Shown here: positions 49,280 to 61,808 of the stretch, piece after piece | Position numbering within the stretch: position 1 is the stretch's first letter | How the letters are laid out: every line of letters begins with the position of its first letter | Origin: Mobula hypostoma | Lineage: Eukaryota | DNA length: 64,000 nt | Assembly: GCF_963921235.1 (NCBI RefSeq) | Contig: NC_086107.1 | Location: 110,548,001 to 110,612,000, forward strand | Reading direction: 5' to 3' | Translations under genes and position numbers: made by a program | Notes under the pieces: generated by a model | Told to the model about the DNA's origin: nothing | The model's input: the letters and a program-made list of their open reading frames with translations, nothing else | Databases searched by the model: none

Positions 49280-49808
49280 CACTCAGTGGCCACTTTATTT
49301 GGTACCTCCCGCATCTAATCAAGTGGCTGCTGAGTGTATGTTCATGGTCTTCTGCTGCTGTAGCCCATCCACTTCAAGATTCGACATGTCGTGCATTCAT
49401 GTTGTGCGTTGTAACATGTGTTTTTTAGAATTACTGTTACCTTCCTGTTAGCTTGAACCAGTCTATCCATTCTCCTGCGACCTATCTCATTAACAAGATG
49501 CTTTCACCCTCTTTGGATGTTTTTTTTATTTTTGCATTGTTCTCTGTAAACTTTAGAGACCGCTGTGTGTGAAAATCCCAGGACTTCAGCAGTTTCTGAG
49601 ATTTCTCAAACCACCCCACCTGGCACCGACAATCATTCCACTGTCAAAGTGACTTAGATCACATTCCTTCCCCATTCTGATATTTGGTCTGAACAACAGC
49701 TGAACCTCTTGACCATGTCTGCATGCTTTTATGCGTTAAGTTGCTGCCACATGATTGGCTGGTATTTGCATTAATGAGCAGGCGTACCAAATAAAGTGGC
49801 CACTGACT
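49280..49808 (-). mobile_element. non-autonomous Tc1-like element with both TIRs
   Basis: TIRs TCAGTGGCCACTTTATTTGGTAC / GTACCAAATAAAGTGGCCACTGA; HTH remnant MGKECDLSHFDSGMIVGARWG on minus. Confidence 0.75.
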
Positions 49809-50514
49809 GTTGAATAATGTAAAGGATGAAAGGGGTGGATAGGGGAAGCAATTATATAATCTGGCAGTGATTTTGTTAGAAAAGTGAGGCTTCCAGTTGG
49901 TGCATCTTCTGTTTTAAGGATTCTGGATGGATACAACGACCTTCACCAAGAGAGGCTCTTCAGCCTTGTCCAGTGGAAGCAGAGGACATGGCCTTTCATT
50001 TGAAAAGGCTGAATTATGAGCTAATCTGCTGAAGTACTATTACAGTTAGTCTATTGAAGTGTATAATTAATGGAGTACTGCCCAAATGGAAAGCAAACCT
50101 ATTTTAGAAAATCATATTTTTGATGTTAAAGTCCCTGGAGTTTGGGACCTGCCATGTGAAAAGTTAGCAGTGATACCTGTTGCAAGAGTGGTACCTCTTT
50201 CTCCCCCTCTTTAGTGAGAGAGAAAGAGGGCCTGTGGGATGTCAAGGTATTGGGATGAACAATAGTTTTTGATGGACTCTGGAATCTGGCCTCTGAGGGC
50301 TTGCGATTGCTTGCATGGTGGGTCGTGGGGAGGGCTGATGCTTTCTGCTGGAGCATGAGGAGGGAGGGTGAGAGGAAGGGTTGATGCTTTGCTGCCGCTT
50401 TTGCATGGGAGGGAGAGGGGGCCTGTGGGGTTCTAACGTTTTTCTGCCATTTATTCTTTGTGTGCTTTTTTCATGGCTGTCTGTGAAGAGTAAGAATTTC
50501 AGGTTGCATACTGT

Positions 50515-50975
50515 ATAGAAACATAGAAACATAGAAAATAGGTGCAGGAGTAGGCCATTTGGCCCTTCGAGCCTGCACCGCCATTCAGTATGACCATGGC
50601 TGATCATCCAACTCAGAACCCTGTACCAGCCTTCCCTCCATACCCCCCGATCCCTTTAGCCACAAGGGCCATATCTAACTCCCTCTTAAATATAGCCAAT
50701 GAACTGGCCTCAACTGTTTCCTGTGGCAGAGAATTCCACAGATTCACCACTCTCTGTGTGAAGAAGTTTTTCCTCATCTCGGTCCTAAAAGGCTTCCCCT
50801 TTATCCTCAAACTGTGACCCCTCGTTCTGGACTTTCCCAGCATCGGGAACAATCTTCCTGCATCTAGCCTGTCCAATCCCTTTAGGATTTTATACGTTTC
50901 AATAAGATCCCCCCTCAATCTTCTATATTCAAACGAGTATTACCCTAGTCGATCCAGTCTTTCATCATATGAAAT
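50515..50975 (-). mobile_element. young CR1 3' end with (ATAGAAAC)n tail
   Basis: ORF 50613-50918 RGDLIETYKILKGLDRLDAGRLFP...RTRGHSLRI...FFTQRVVNLWNSLP. Confidence 0.85.
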
Positions 50976-51304
50976 ATACATTCTCTGATGTTACATTGAG
51001 CCATTGAACTATTGAGGGAACATATTGGATACTGCTGAGCGAAGCAGCAGGTGGTGGAGGGTAATGCAGTTGTTTACTAATCTGTGTATATTCTGACCTC
51101 TAAAAAGTTAAAGCATCTCGGTCGCTTCCACCTCTCGCAGATTAACGAAGACATCATGCTATTAAATAAATTATCTTCATATCAAAGTGGGAAGATTATC
51201 ACTGGATTTGTTAAAAGTTAATTTACTTAAGATGGACAATGCCCTAAATACTCAGCAGCTCCTGCAGCATCCGCGGGGAGAGGACCAAATTAAGATTTCC
51301 ATGA

Positions 51305-51890
51305 GTAACACATTGAAAGTGCTGGAGGAATCAGCAGGTCAGGAAGCATCTCAGGAGGAGGATAAAGAGTCAATGTCTTGGGCTGAGACCCTTCATCAGG
51401 ATTGGAAAGGGAAAGGGAAGATGCTGGAATAAAAAGGTGGAGGGGTGGGGGAGGGCAGGAGGGAGTGGAAGAAGGACTAGCTAGAAGGTGATAGGTGAAA
51501 CCAGGTGGGTAGGGGGGAGGGATGAAGGAAGAAGTTGGGAGGTGATAGGTGGAAAAGACAAAGGGCTGAAGGAGGAAACAGATAGGGGGGACATGGGACC
51601 ATGGGAGATAGGGAAGGAGGAGGAGAACCAGAGGGAGGTGATAGGCAGGCGAGGAGGTGGGAGGGGAGCCACAGTGGGTAAAGAAAGAAGGGGGAAGGGG
51701 AGGGGGGAAAATGACCAGAAGTTAGAGGAATTGATGTTGCATGAAGCTTTACAAAACTCTGTCATGATGAAGGGTCTCGGCCCGAAACGTTGACTGTTTA
51801 TTCCTCTCCATAAATGCTGCCTGACCTTCTGAGTTCCTCCAGCATCGTGTGTGCCTTGTTCAACGTCTCCAGCATCTGCAGAAACTCTGT
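51305..51890. mobile_element. older Penelope-like inverted arrangement with two decayed hammerheads
   Basis: Minus arm 51305-51740 and plus arm 51760-51890 (GTCATGATGAAGGGTCTCGGCCCGAAACGTTGACT). Other old copies at ~25031-25130, 42475-42640, 48270-48440, 48880-49000, 52320-53270, 55655-55850, 58825-59120. Confidence 0.65.
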
Positions 51891-51954
51891 GTATATGGTC
51901 CCCTTGCCCACCTGCAATTTTGAGCAGCTCACTTCTTGCGACTGTGCATTTCAT

Positions 51955-52120
51955 TACTGTTGACCTAAGCTCCAGGACTCCATCTCCAAACCCCTTCCTC
52001 CATCAGAATACTCCTTAAAACCTATTCCTGACTAAGCTGCCGACAATCTGCCCAGCTATCTACTCCTGTGATTCAGTGCTGTATTCGTTTGATATCACTC
52101 CTGTGCAGGTGCTTTTTTAA
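51955..52120 (+). mobile_element. ancient L2-like LINE 3' end
   Basis: CCTAAGCTCCAGGACTCCATCTCCAAACCCCT...CTCCTTAAAACCTA...CTCCTGTG resembles L2 3' ends. Confidence 0.4.
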
Positions 52121-55100
52121 ATTTGTCCAGTTATTAATTTTTGGAAACTGGATTCACATTCTTGAGCTGCCTGAGTAGAATTTGAATTGAGATTCTCTGG
52201 GGTACAACCTCAGCAGCAAAACACAGCAACTTGCACTCTGAATGAAAATCAGATGCTGGACATCAGAAATAAACACAGAAAATGCTGGAAACACTGAGTT
52301 GACTAGGCTGCAGATCAGAAACTTGAGAAATTCTGTAGATGCTGGAAATCCAGAGCAACACACACAAGATGCTGGAGGAACTCAGCAGGTCAGGCAGCAT
52401 CGATGGAAATGGCATTTTGGGCTGAGACCCTTCTTCAGGACTGGAAAATAAGTGGGAAGATGCCATATTAAAATGAAGGAGCGAGGGGAAGGAGGATAAG
52501 GTTGAAGATGACAGAAGAAGTCAGATGGGTGGGAAGGGCAAAGGGCTGAATTAGGAATGAGAGGGTTACCATATCAGGAATGCCTGGCAGCTCTTGGGCT
52601 GTATTCCCTGGAGTTCAGGAGGATGAGGAGGGGGGGATCTCATAGAAACATTCGGAATGTTAAAAGGCCTGAACAGATTAGATATGGCAGTTATTTCCCA
52701 TGGTGGGCGATTCTAGGACGAGAGGGCACGACTTCAGGATTGAAGGACGTCCATCTAGAACTGAAATGCGGAGAAATTACTTTAGTCAGAGGGTGGTAAA
52801 TCTGTGGAATTTGTTCCACGAGCGGCTGTGGGGGCCAAGTCATTGGATGTATTTAAGGCAGAGATAGACAGGTTCTCGATTAGCCAGGGCATCAAAGGGT
52901 ATGGGGTGAAGAAAGGGGAGTGAGGGTGACTGGAAGAACTGGATCAGCCCATGATTGAATGGCAGAGCAGACTCGATGGGCCGAATGGCCTATTTCTGCT
53001 CCTATATCTTATGGTCTTGTGACTGGAGAAGAGGTCTGATAGGAGAAAGGGAAGGAGGAGGGGCACCTGGGGGAGGTGATACGCAGGTGAGAAGAGATAA
53101 AAGATCAAAATGGGGAATAGAAAAAGAGGAGAGGGGAGGGAATTTTTTTAACCAGAAGGAGAGATCGATGTTCATGCCATCAGGTTGGAGGCTACCCAGA
53201 CAGAATAGAAGCCGTTGCTCCTCCACTCTGAGGGTGCTCTCTTCGTGGCACAGAGGAGGCCAAAGACCGACTTCACTGTTTTACAATAAAGACCAATTGT
53301 CAGAAAAGAGAAAACAAACTGCAAGAGTTGGAAAAGCAAACAAGTTAGTTTTAGATTGCAGATAGTGTGTGCGAGGGACGGATTGATGTTTAATCAGGTG
53401 TAGTCAAGTTTATTATCATGCAACCAAACACATGTATACAGCTAAATGAAACATTGTTCCTCTGCAGTCAAGGTGCAAAACACAGTACATACCGACACAC
53501 ACAGCACATTGAATTACGAACCAGCACATACAGTCACAAAATAACATTAGCACAAGTCCCTGAGTGGCATGGCCTGGAGACTGATGGTGCATGGGATGTT
53601 GTCCTGGAGCCATGTTTCCGCAAGGACAAGCATGCAGCAGTTCCTCATCTCCAATTGCCACAGAATGTGTTTATTTTTTTATTTAGAGACGTGGCACAGA
53701 ATAGGCCCTTTCGACCCTTCGAGCCACACCACCCCTCAAATCACCCCCCTTCCAAACCCCGATTTAACCCTAACCTAATCACAGGAGAATTTTACAATGA
53801 CCAATTAACCTACCTGGTGCGTCTTTGGACTGTGGGAGGAAATCGGAGCACCCGGAGAAAACCCACACATTCCACGGGGACAATATACAGAGGTTATTTA
53901 CAGAGGATTCTGGGATTGAGCTCTGAGCTGTAATAGCGTCGTGCTAACTTCTACGCTACTGTGGCACCCCAGATGAAGGCAATCTAGTCTGTCTTCCAGG
54001 GAGCAGACACTGGAGAAAAGCACTAATGGGAGAGCTGGCCTGCAGGGGCCAGCACTCAAGATAGCGCAGGTTCCAGCATGCCCAGCATGCCTCTGTTCTC
54101 TCCCACACTGCCTCCAGTGCCTCCTCCTCTGGGTGGCTGTAACAAGCAACCCTGTGTGTGAGGGCCTGGTCCTCAGGCATGATTCCAGCGCATCTGGCAC
54201 TCCTCTGTTCTGTCCAGTGCCTCCTCCCCTGGGTGGCTGTATCAGGCAACCCCCATGCATGAGGGCCTAGTCCAAGCAGCAACTGAGACCATGCAGCTCC
54301 TTGCTGTTGGTCTCGCCGATGAACCAATGAACAAAGGGAACATCTCTGATTGGTTGAGATCAGGGTTGTCATGGTGATAAGCAATTGATGAAAGGGTTGA
54401 GTACTGGTTTGTTATTGTCACAGGAACAGTGAAAAACTTTACACGCCAACCTTCTATATACGCTACAAACCACTGCATACCATAAGGCCATAAGATATAG
54501 GAGCAGAATTAGGCCATTTGGCCCATCGAGTCTGCTCCACCATTTCATCATGGCTGATCCATTTTCCCTCTCAGCCCCAATCACCTGCCTTCTCCCCACA
54601 TCCCTTCATGTCTTGACCAATCAAGAATCTATCAGCCTCTGTCTTAAATATTCGTAAAGACTTGGCCTCTATAGCTGCTTGTGGAAAAGAATTCCACAGA
54701 TTCACCACTCTCTGGCTAAAGAAATTCCTCCTGATCTCTGTTCTAAATGGATGCCCCTCTATTTAGGTCCTCTGGTCCTAAACTCTGCCACTATAGGAAA
54801 CTTCCTCTCCACATCCACCCTGTCAAGGCCTTTCACCATTCGATGGGTTTCATTTAGGTCATCCCTCATTCTTTTAAATTCTACTGATTTCACATCACCT
54901 AGTGTCACTTTAGGTGCAAACAATCAGTCTATGAATATAACAGTTACTTGAACATAGTGTTTTATAAGATTGCTTTCATATTTATATTTATTGTGTTTTT
55001 TTTAATGCTGCATCAGATCGGGGCTCACAATCATTTTGTTTTCCTTTACACTTGTGTACTGAAGAATATACTAAACAATCTTGAATCCCTACAGATCAAT

Positions 55101-56978
55101 ACATTGTGTATCGAGGTCGTACTAGGGAAAGCAATAACAGAATTCAGAAAGAAGTGTTTGAGTGATGGGGGAAACGCAGTGCAGGCAGACAAGGTGAAAG
55201 GTCATCACGAGGTAGATCGTGAGGTCAAGGGCCCTTCAGATTGTACTGGTCTTACAACGGTGTAATAGAAGTAGTCCTTGATCCTGGTGGTACATGTCTT
55301 CTGCCTGATGGGAGGAGATAGGAGAGAGATCTTTGATTGTGAGGGCATTTTGAGAGAGAAAACACACAGAGCGAACTGTAAAATGGTTGAAATGTTTAGA
55401 AACAGCCCAGCCAATCACAGTGGACGTCACTGTAGCACAGCTGGCGCTGATCCCTCACAGTGACTCGGGCTCAATCCTATCCCCTTGATGCTGTCTATGT
55501 GGAGTCTGCATGTTCTCCCTGTGATCTTCTTGCTGCTCTGTTTTCCCAACAGCTGCAGGTCGATCGCTGGACTCTGTAAAAGGTTCCTAGTGTGCGGGTG
55601 AGAGGTAGGATCTAGCAAGAACAAAGGGGAGGTGGAATGCGAATAGTATAAACACACGGGATTCTGCAGGTGCAGGAAATCCAGAACAACGCACACAAAA
55701 TGCTAAAGGAACACAGCAGGTCAGGCAGCATCTATAGAGGAATACACAGTCGGCATTTTGAAAAATGAAGTTTCTCGGTCTGAAACATCAGCTGTTTATC
55801 CCTCTCTGTGGACGCTGCCTGACCTGCTGAGTTGCTTAGGCATTCTGTCTGTGCTTCACGGGATTAGCGTAGTTGCGTTCCTGATGATTGGCACGGTGGA
55901 CTGAGGAGACTTTTTCCCTGCTGTCTGAGGAGAGAAGGAGAAAATTACTGAGTATTACTGGTGGATAACCTGCAGAAGAATTGGCCAATTCTGACACAAA
56001 GAAAATAAAGTACCTGAAGCTGTGGAATACGGCCTTGAGTTCAGAGCTGTCACGTGGCCAGATAGAAGATGAGGTTCTATTCCTCAAGCTTTCATTAGAA
56101 CAGTATGGACATGAGACCACAGACAGACAGGAGGCGTGCAGAAGTGAGATACATCAGCTGGTTGAGTGGTGTTGCAGCAATAACCTTGCTCTCATCGTCA
56201 GTAAGACAAAGGATTGATTGTGGGCTGCAGGAAAGGGAAGTCAAGAGCTTCCTTAAAAGGCGATGCCTCAAAATGGCGGCCTCCATCATTAAGGACCCCC
56301 CCCCTCCACTACCCTCTTCCCATTGCTACCATCAGGGCTGAGGCACAGGAGCCTGTAGACACACACTTAACGTTTTAGGGACAGCCTCTTCCCTCTGCCA
56401 TCAATTGAATTGAACTGAATTGACTTTATTTCTTACAGCCTTCACGTACATGAGGATTAAAAGTCTTTACGTTACGTCCTCATCTAAATGTGCAATGTGC
56501 AATCATGGTAATTTATAATAAATAAAACAGTCAATGTAACATAGAAATACACTCAAATCAGCGTGAGTTAATCAGTCTGATGGCCTGGTGGAAGAAGCTG
56601 TCCCGGAGCCTGTTGGTTCTGGCTTTTATGCTGCGGTACCGTTTCCCATTCAAACTTCTGAATGGACAAATAGCCCATGTACACTACCTCACTCTTTATT
56701 TTTGCTCTTCCTTTGCATTACATATTTATTTTTAAATGTATTTCTTATTGCAGTTTACAGTGCCTATAAAAAGTATTCACCACCCCCCTTGGAAGTTTTC
56801 ATGTTTTATTGTTTTACAACATTGAATCACAATGGTTTTAATTTTCCTTTTTTGACACTGAACAACAGAAAAAGACTCTTTTGTGTCAAAGTGAAATCAG
56901 ATCTCCACAAAATGATCTAAATTAATTACAATATAAAACTCAAAATAATTGGTTGCATAATTACTCACCTCCTTCAAG

Positions 56979-57995
56979 TCAGTATTTAATAGATGCACCT
57001 TTGGCAGCAATTACAGCCTTGAGTCTGGTTGATAGGTCTCTATCAGCTTTGCACATCTAGATACTGCGTTTTTTTCCCCATTCTTCTTTACAAAACTGCT
57101 CAACCTCTGTCAGATTGCACGGAGATAGTGAGTGAACAGCCCTTTTCAAGTTCAGCCACAAATTCTCAATTGGATTGAGGTCTGGACTCTGACTTGGCCA
57201 CTCCAGGACACAAACTTTGTTGTTTTTAAGCCATTCCTGTGTAGCTTCGTCTTCATACTTTGGGCCATTGTCTTGCTGGAAAACAAATCTTCTCCCAAGT
57301 CACAGTTCTCTTGCAGACTGCATCCGGTTTTCCTCCAGGATTTTCTTGTATTTTGCTGCATTCATTTTACCCTCCACCTGCACAAGCTTTCCAGGGCCTG
57401 CTGCAGTGAAGCATCCCCACAGCATGATGCAGCCACCACCATGCTTCATGGTAGGGATGATGTGTTTTTGATGATGTGCTGTGTTTGGGTTACACCAAAC
57501 ATAGCGTTTAGTCTGACAGCCAAAAAGCTCAATTTTGGTTTCATCAGACCATAGAACCTTCCTCCTGCTGACTTCAGTGTCTCCCACGTGCCTTCTGGCA
57601 AACTTTAGCCGAGATTTCATGTGAGTTTTTTACAACAGTGGCTTTCTCTTTGCCACTCTCCCATAGAGCTGCGACTGGTGAAGCACCCGGGCAACAGTTG
57701 TATGTGCAGTCTCTCCCATCTCAGCGACTGAAGCTTGTAACTCCTCCAGAGTTGTCATAGGTCTCTTGGTGGCCTCCCTCACTAGTCCCCTTCCTGCACG
57801 GTCACTCAGTTTTTGAGGACGGCCTGATCTAGACAGATTTACAGCTGTGCCATATTCTTTCCATTTCTTGATGATTGACTTAACAGTACTCTAAGGGATA
57901 GTCAGTGATTTGGAAATTGTCTTATATCCAACTCCTGACCTGTGCTTTTCAACGACCTTTTCACAGAGTTGCTTAAAGTGTTCTTTTGTCTTCAT
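56979..57995 (-). pseudogene. Tc1 DD34E-type transposase pseudogene
   Basis: MKTKEH...[17 protein letters not shown]...[14 protein letters not shown]...[13 protein letters not shown]; ends GASIKY*; in-frame stops present. Confidence 0.88.
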
Positions 57996-58189
57996 GGTGT
58001 AGTTTTTGCCAGATACTGACTCACCAGCAGCTGGACCTTCCAGATACAGGTATATTTTTACCACAATCAATTGAAACACCTTGACTGCACACAGTTCTCC
58101 AAAAACAGATCTCCATTTAACTAACTATGTGACTTCCAAAACCAACTGGCTGCACCAATTAGTGAAGATTTGCTGTGTCATATTAAAGG

Positions 58190-58508
58190 CGGGGGGGCAC
58201 ATGGCCAAGTGGTTAAGGCATTCGTCTAGCGATCTGAAGGTCGCGAGTTCGAGCCCCAGCCGAGGCAGCGTGTTGTGTCTTTGAGCAAGGCACTTAATCA
58301 CTCATTGCTCTGTGACGACACTGGTGCCAAGCTGTATTGGCCCTTGCCCTTCCCTTGGACAACATCGGTGTCGTGGAGAGGGGAGACTTGCAGCATGGGC
58401 AGCTGCTGGTCTTCCATACAACCTTGCCCAGGCCTGCGTCCTGGAGAGTGAAGACTTTCCAGGCGCAGATCCATGGTCTCCCAAGACTAACGGATGCCTT
58501 TATTTATT
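58190..58508 (+). mobile_element. tRNA-derived SINE with RTE-type 3' tail (same family as 44269-44588)
   Basis: A and B boxes; TSD TATTAAAGG (58181-58189 / 58509-58517). Confidence 0.82.
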
Positions 58509-60000
58509 TATTAAAGGGGGTGAATACTTAGGCAAGCAATTATTTTGTGTTTTATATTTGTATTTAATTTAGATCACATTGTAGAGATTTGTTTTCACTT
58601 TCAAATGAAAGTTTTTTTCTGTAGATCAGTGTCAAAAAAAACCCGAATTAAATTCACTGTGATTCTGTGTTGTAAAATAATAAAACATGAAAACTTCCGG
58701 GGGCGGGGGGGGGGTGATATAGGTTTTTATAGGCACTGTAAAGTATTTCTATGTATTGCACTGTACTGCTACTACAAAACCGCAAATTTAATGGCATATT
58801 TTAGTGATAATAAACCTGATTCTGAAGCAAGCACACAAAATGCTGGAGGATCAGGTCAGGCAACATCCATGGAAATGAATAGAAAGACAACGTTTCGGAC
58901 CGTGATGCTTCTTCAGGACTGAGAAGGAAGGGGAAAGATACCAGAATAAAAAGGTGGGGGCGGGGGAAGGAGGACTAGCTGGAAGGTGATAGGTGAAGCC
59001 AGGTGAGTGGGAAAGGTCAAGGACTGGAGAGGAAGGAATCTGATAGGAGAAGAGAGTGGACAATAGCAGAAAGGGAAGGAGGAGGGGACCCAGGGGGAAG
59101 TGATAGGCATGTGAGAAGAGACCATAAGACCATAAGACCTAGAAACAGAACTAGGCCATTCAGCCCATCGAGTCCGCTCCACCATTTCATCATGGCTGAT
59201 CCCGGATCCTATTCAACCCCATACACCTGCCCTCTCACCATATCCCTTGATACCCCAACCAAGCAGGAATCTATCAACTTCCGCTTTAAATATACCCACG
59301 ACTTGGCCTCCACCACAGTCTGAGGCAGAGCATTCCACAGATTCACCACTCTTTGGCTATAAAAAAAATCCTCCTTTACTTCCATTCTAAAAGGTCGCCC
59401 CTCAATTTTGAGTTTGTGCCCTCTAGTTCTGGATACCCCCTCCAGAGGAAGCATCCTCTCCACATCCACCTCATCTAGGCCTTTCAACATTTGGTAGGTT
59501 TCAGTAAGATCCCCACGCATTCTTCTAAATTCCAGTGAGCGTAGGCCCAAAGCTGCCAGACGCTCTTCATATGTTAACCCCTTTATTCCCAGAATCATCT
59601 TTGTGAACATCCTCTGGATTCTCCCCAATGACAACACATCCTTTCTGAGATAAAGGGCCCAAAACTGTTGACAATGCTCCAAGTGTGGTTTAACTAGTGT
59701 CTTATAAAACCTTAGCATTATCTCGTTGTCTTTATATTCTGTTCCCTTTGAAATAAATGCCAACACTGCATTTGCCTTCCTTACCACAGACTCAACCTGT
59801 GAATTAACCTTCTGAGAGTCTTGCATGAAGACTCTAAGTCCTTTTTGCACCTCTGATGTTTGAACTTCCTCCCCATTTAGATAATAGTCTGCACTATTGT
59901 TCCTTTTACCAAAATGCATGATCATACATTTCCTAACACTGTATTCCATCTGCCACCTTTTTGCCTATTCTTCCAATTTGTCTAAGTCCTGCTGCAATTG

Positions 60001-60337
60001 CAATAAGAGGAATAGATAGAGTGGACAGCCAGCGCCTCTTCCCCAGGGCACCACCGCTCAATACAAGAGGACATGGCTTTAAGGTAAGGGGTGGGAAGTT
60101 CAAGGGGGATATTAGAGGAAGGTTTTTTACTCAGAGAGTGGTTGTGTGTGGAATGCACTGCCTGAGTCAGTGGTGGAGGCAGATACACTAGTGAAGTTTA
60201 AGAGACTACTAGACAGGTATATGGAGGAATCTAAGGTGGCGGCTTATATGGGAGGCAGGGTTTGAGGGTCGGCACAACATTGTGGGCCGAAGGGCCTGTA
60301 CTGTGCTGTACTATTCTATGTTCTATGTTCTATGTTC
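60001..60337 (+). mobile_element. CR1 3' end of another subfamily, (CTATGTT)n tail
   Basis: IRGIDRVDSQRLFPR...TRGHGFKVRGGKF...FFTQRVV. Confidence 0.8.
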
Positions 60338-60351
60338 TTCCTCAGCAATAC

Positions 60352-61808
60352 CATAAGACCATAAGACCATAAGACAAAGGAGCAGAAGTAGGCCATTCGG
60401 CCCATCGAGTCTGCTCCGCCATTTTATCATGAGCTGATCCATTTTATCCTATTTAGTCCCTCTGCCCCGCCTTCTCACGATAACCTTTGATGCCCTGGCT
60501 ACTCAGATACCTATCAATCTCTGCCTTAAATACACCCAATAACTTGGCCTCCACTGCTGCCCGTGGCAACAAATTCCATAGATTCACCACCCTCTGACTA
60601 AAAAAATTTCTTCGCATTTCTGTTCTGAAAGGGCGCCCTTCAATCCTGAAGTCATGCCCTCTCGTACTAGACTCCCCCATCATGGGAAACAACTTTGCCA
60701 CATCCACTCTGTCCATGCCTTTTAACATTCAAAATGTTTCTATGAGGTCTTCCCTTATTCTTCTAAACTCCAAGGAATACAGTCCAAGAGCGGACAAACG
60801 TTCCTCATACGTTAACCCTCTCATTCCGGGAATCATTCTAGTGAATCTTCTCTGCACCCTCTCCAATGTCAGCACATCCTTTCTTAAATAGGGAGACCAA
60901 AACTGCCCACAGTACTCCAAGTGAGGTCTCACCAGCGCCTTATAGAGCCTCAACATCACATCCCTGCTCCTATACTCTATTCCTCTAGAAATGAATGCCA
61001 ACATTGCATTCGCCTTCTTCACTACTGACTCAACCTGGAGGTTAACTTTAAGGGAATCCTGTACGAGGACTCCCAAGTCCCGTTGCATCTCAGAACTTTG
61101 AATTCTCTCCCTATTTAAATAATAGTCTGCCCGTTTATTTTTTCTGCCAAAGTGCATAACCATACACTTTCCAACATTGTACTTCATTTGCCACTTCTCT
61201 GCCCATTCTTCCAATCTATCCAAGTCTCTCTGCAGACTCTCCGTTTCCTCAGCACTACCGGCCCCTCCACCTATCTTCGTATCGTCAGCAAACTTAGCCA
61301 CAAAGCCATCTATTCCATAATCCAAATCGTTGATGTACAATGTCAAAAGAAGCGGCCCCAACACTGATCCCTGTGGAACACCACTGGTAACCGGCAGCCA
61401 ACCAGAATAGGATCCCTTTATTCCCACTCTCTGTTTCCTGCCAATCAGCCAACGCTCTATCCATGTATGTAACTTTCCCGTAATTCCATGGGCTCTTATC
61501 TTGTTAAGTAGCCTCATGTGTGGCACCTTGTCAAAGGCCTTCTGAAAATCTAAATATACGACATCCACTGCATCTCCCTTGTCTAGCCTACTGGTAATTT
61601 CCTCAAAAAATTGTAATAGGTTTGTCAGGCAGGATTTTCCTTTAAGGAATCCATGCTGAGTTCTGCCTATCTTGTCATATGCCTCCAGGTACTCTGTAAC
61701 CTCATCCTTGACGATCGACTCCAACAACTTCCCAACCACTGACGTCAAGCTAACAGGTCTACAATTTCCTTTTTGCTTCCTTGCCCCCTTCTTAAATAGC
61801 GGAGTGAC
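60352..61808 (-). mobile_element. young 5'-truncated CR1 LINE
   Basis: (CCATAAGA)n tail at ~60352-60376; near-intact ORF2 C-terminal half. Confidence 0.9.
60729..61748 (-). pseudogene. CR1 ORF2 reverse transcriptase domain (339-aa open stretch of a truncated element)
   Basis: QHGFLKGKSCLTNL, YLDFQKAFDKVPH, SGVPQGSVLGP, KFADDTK, LYKALVRPHLEYC. Confidence 0.92.

Larger units (their letters stand above)
56758..58738 (-). mobile_element. full-length decayed Tc1/mariner DNA transposon with long TIRs, interrupted by a SINE
   Basis: TA|CAGTGCCTATAAAAA...GGAAGTTTTCATGTTTTATT and AATAAAACATGAAAACTTCC...TTTTTATAGGCACTG|TA. Confidence 0.9.
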
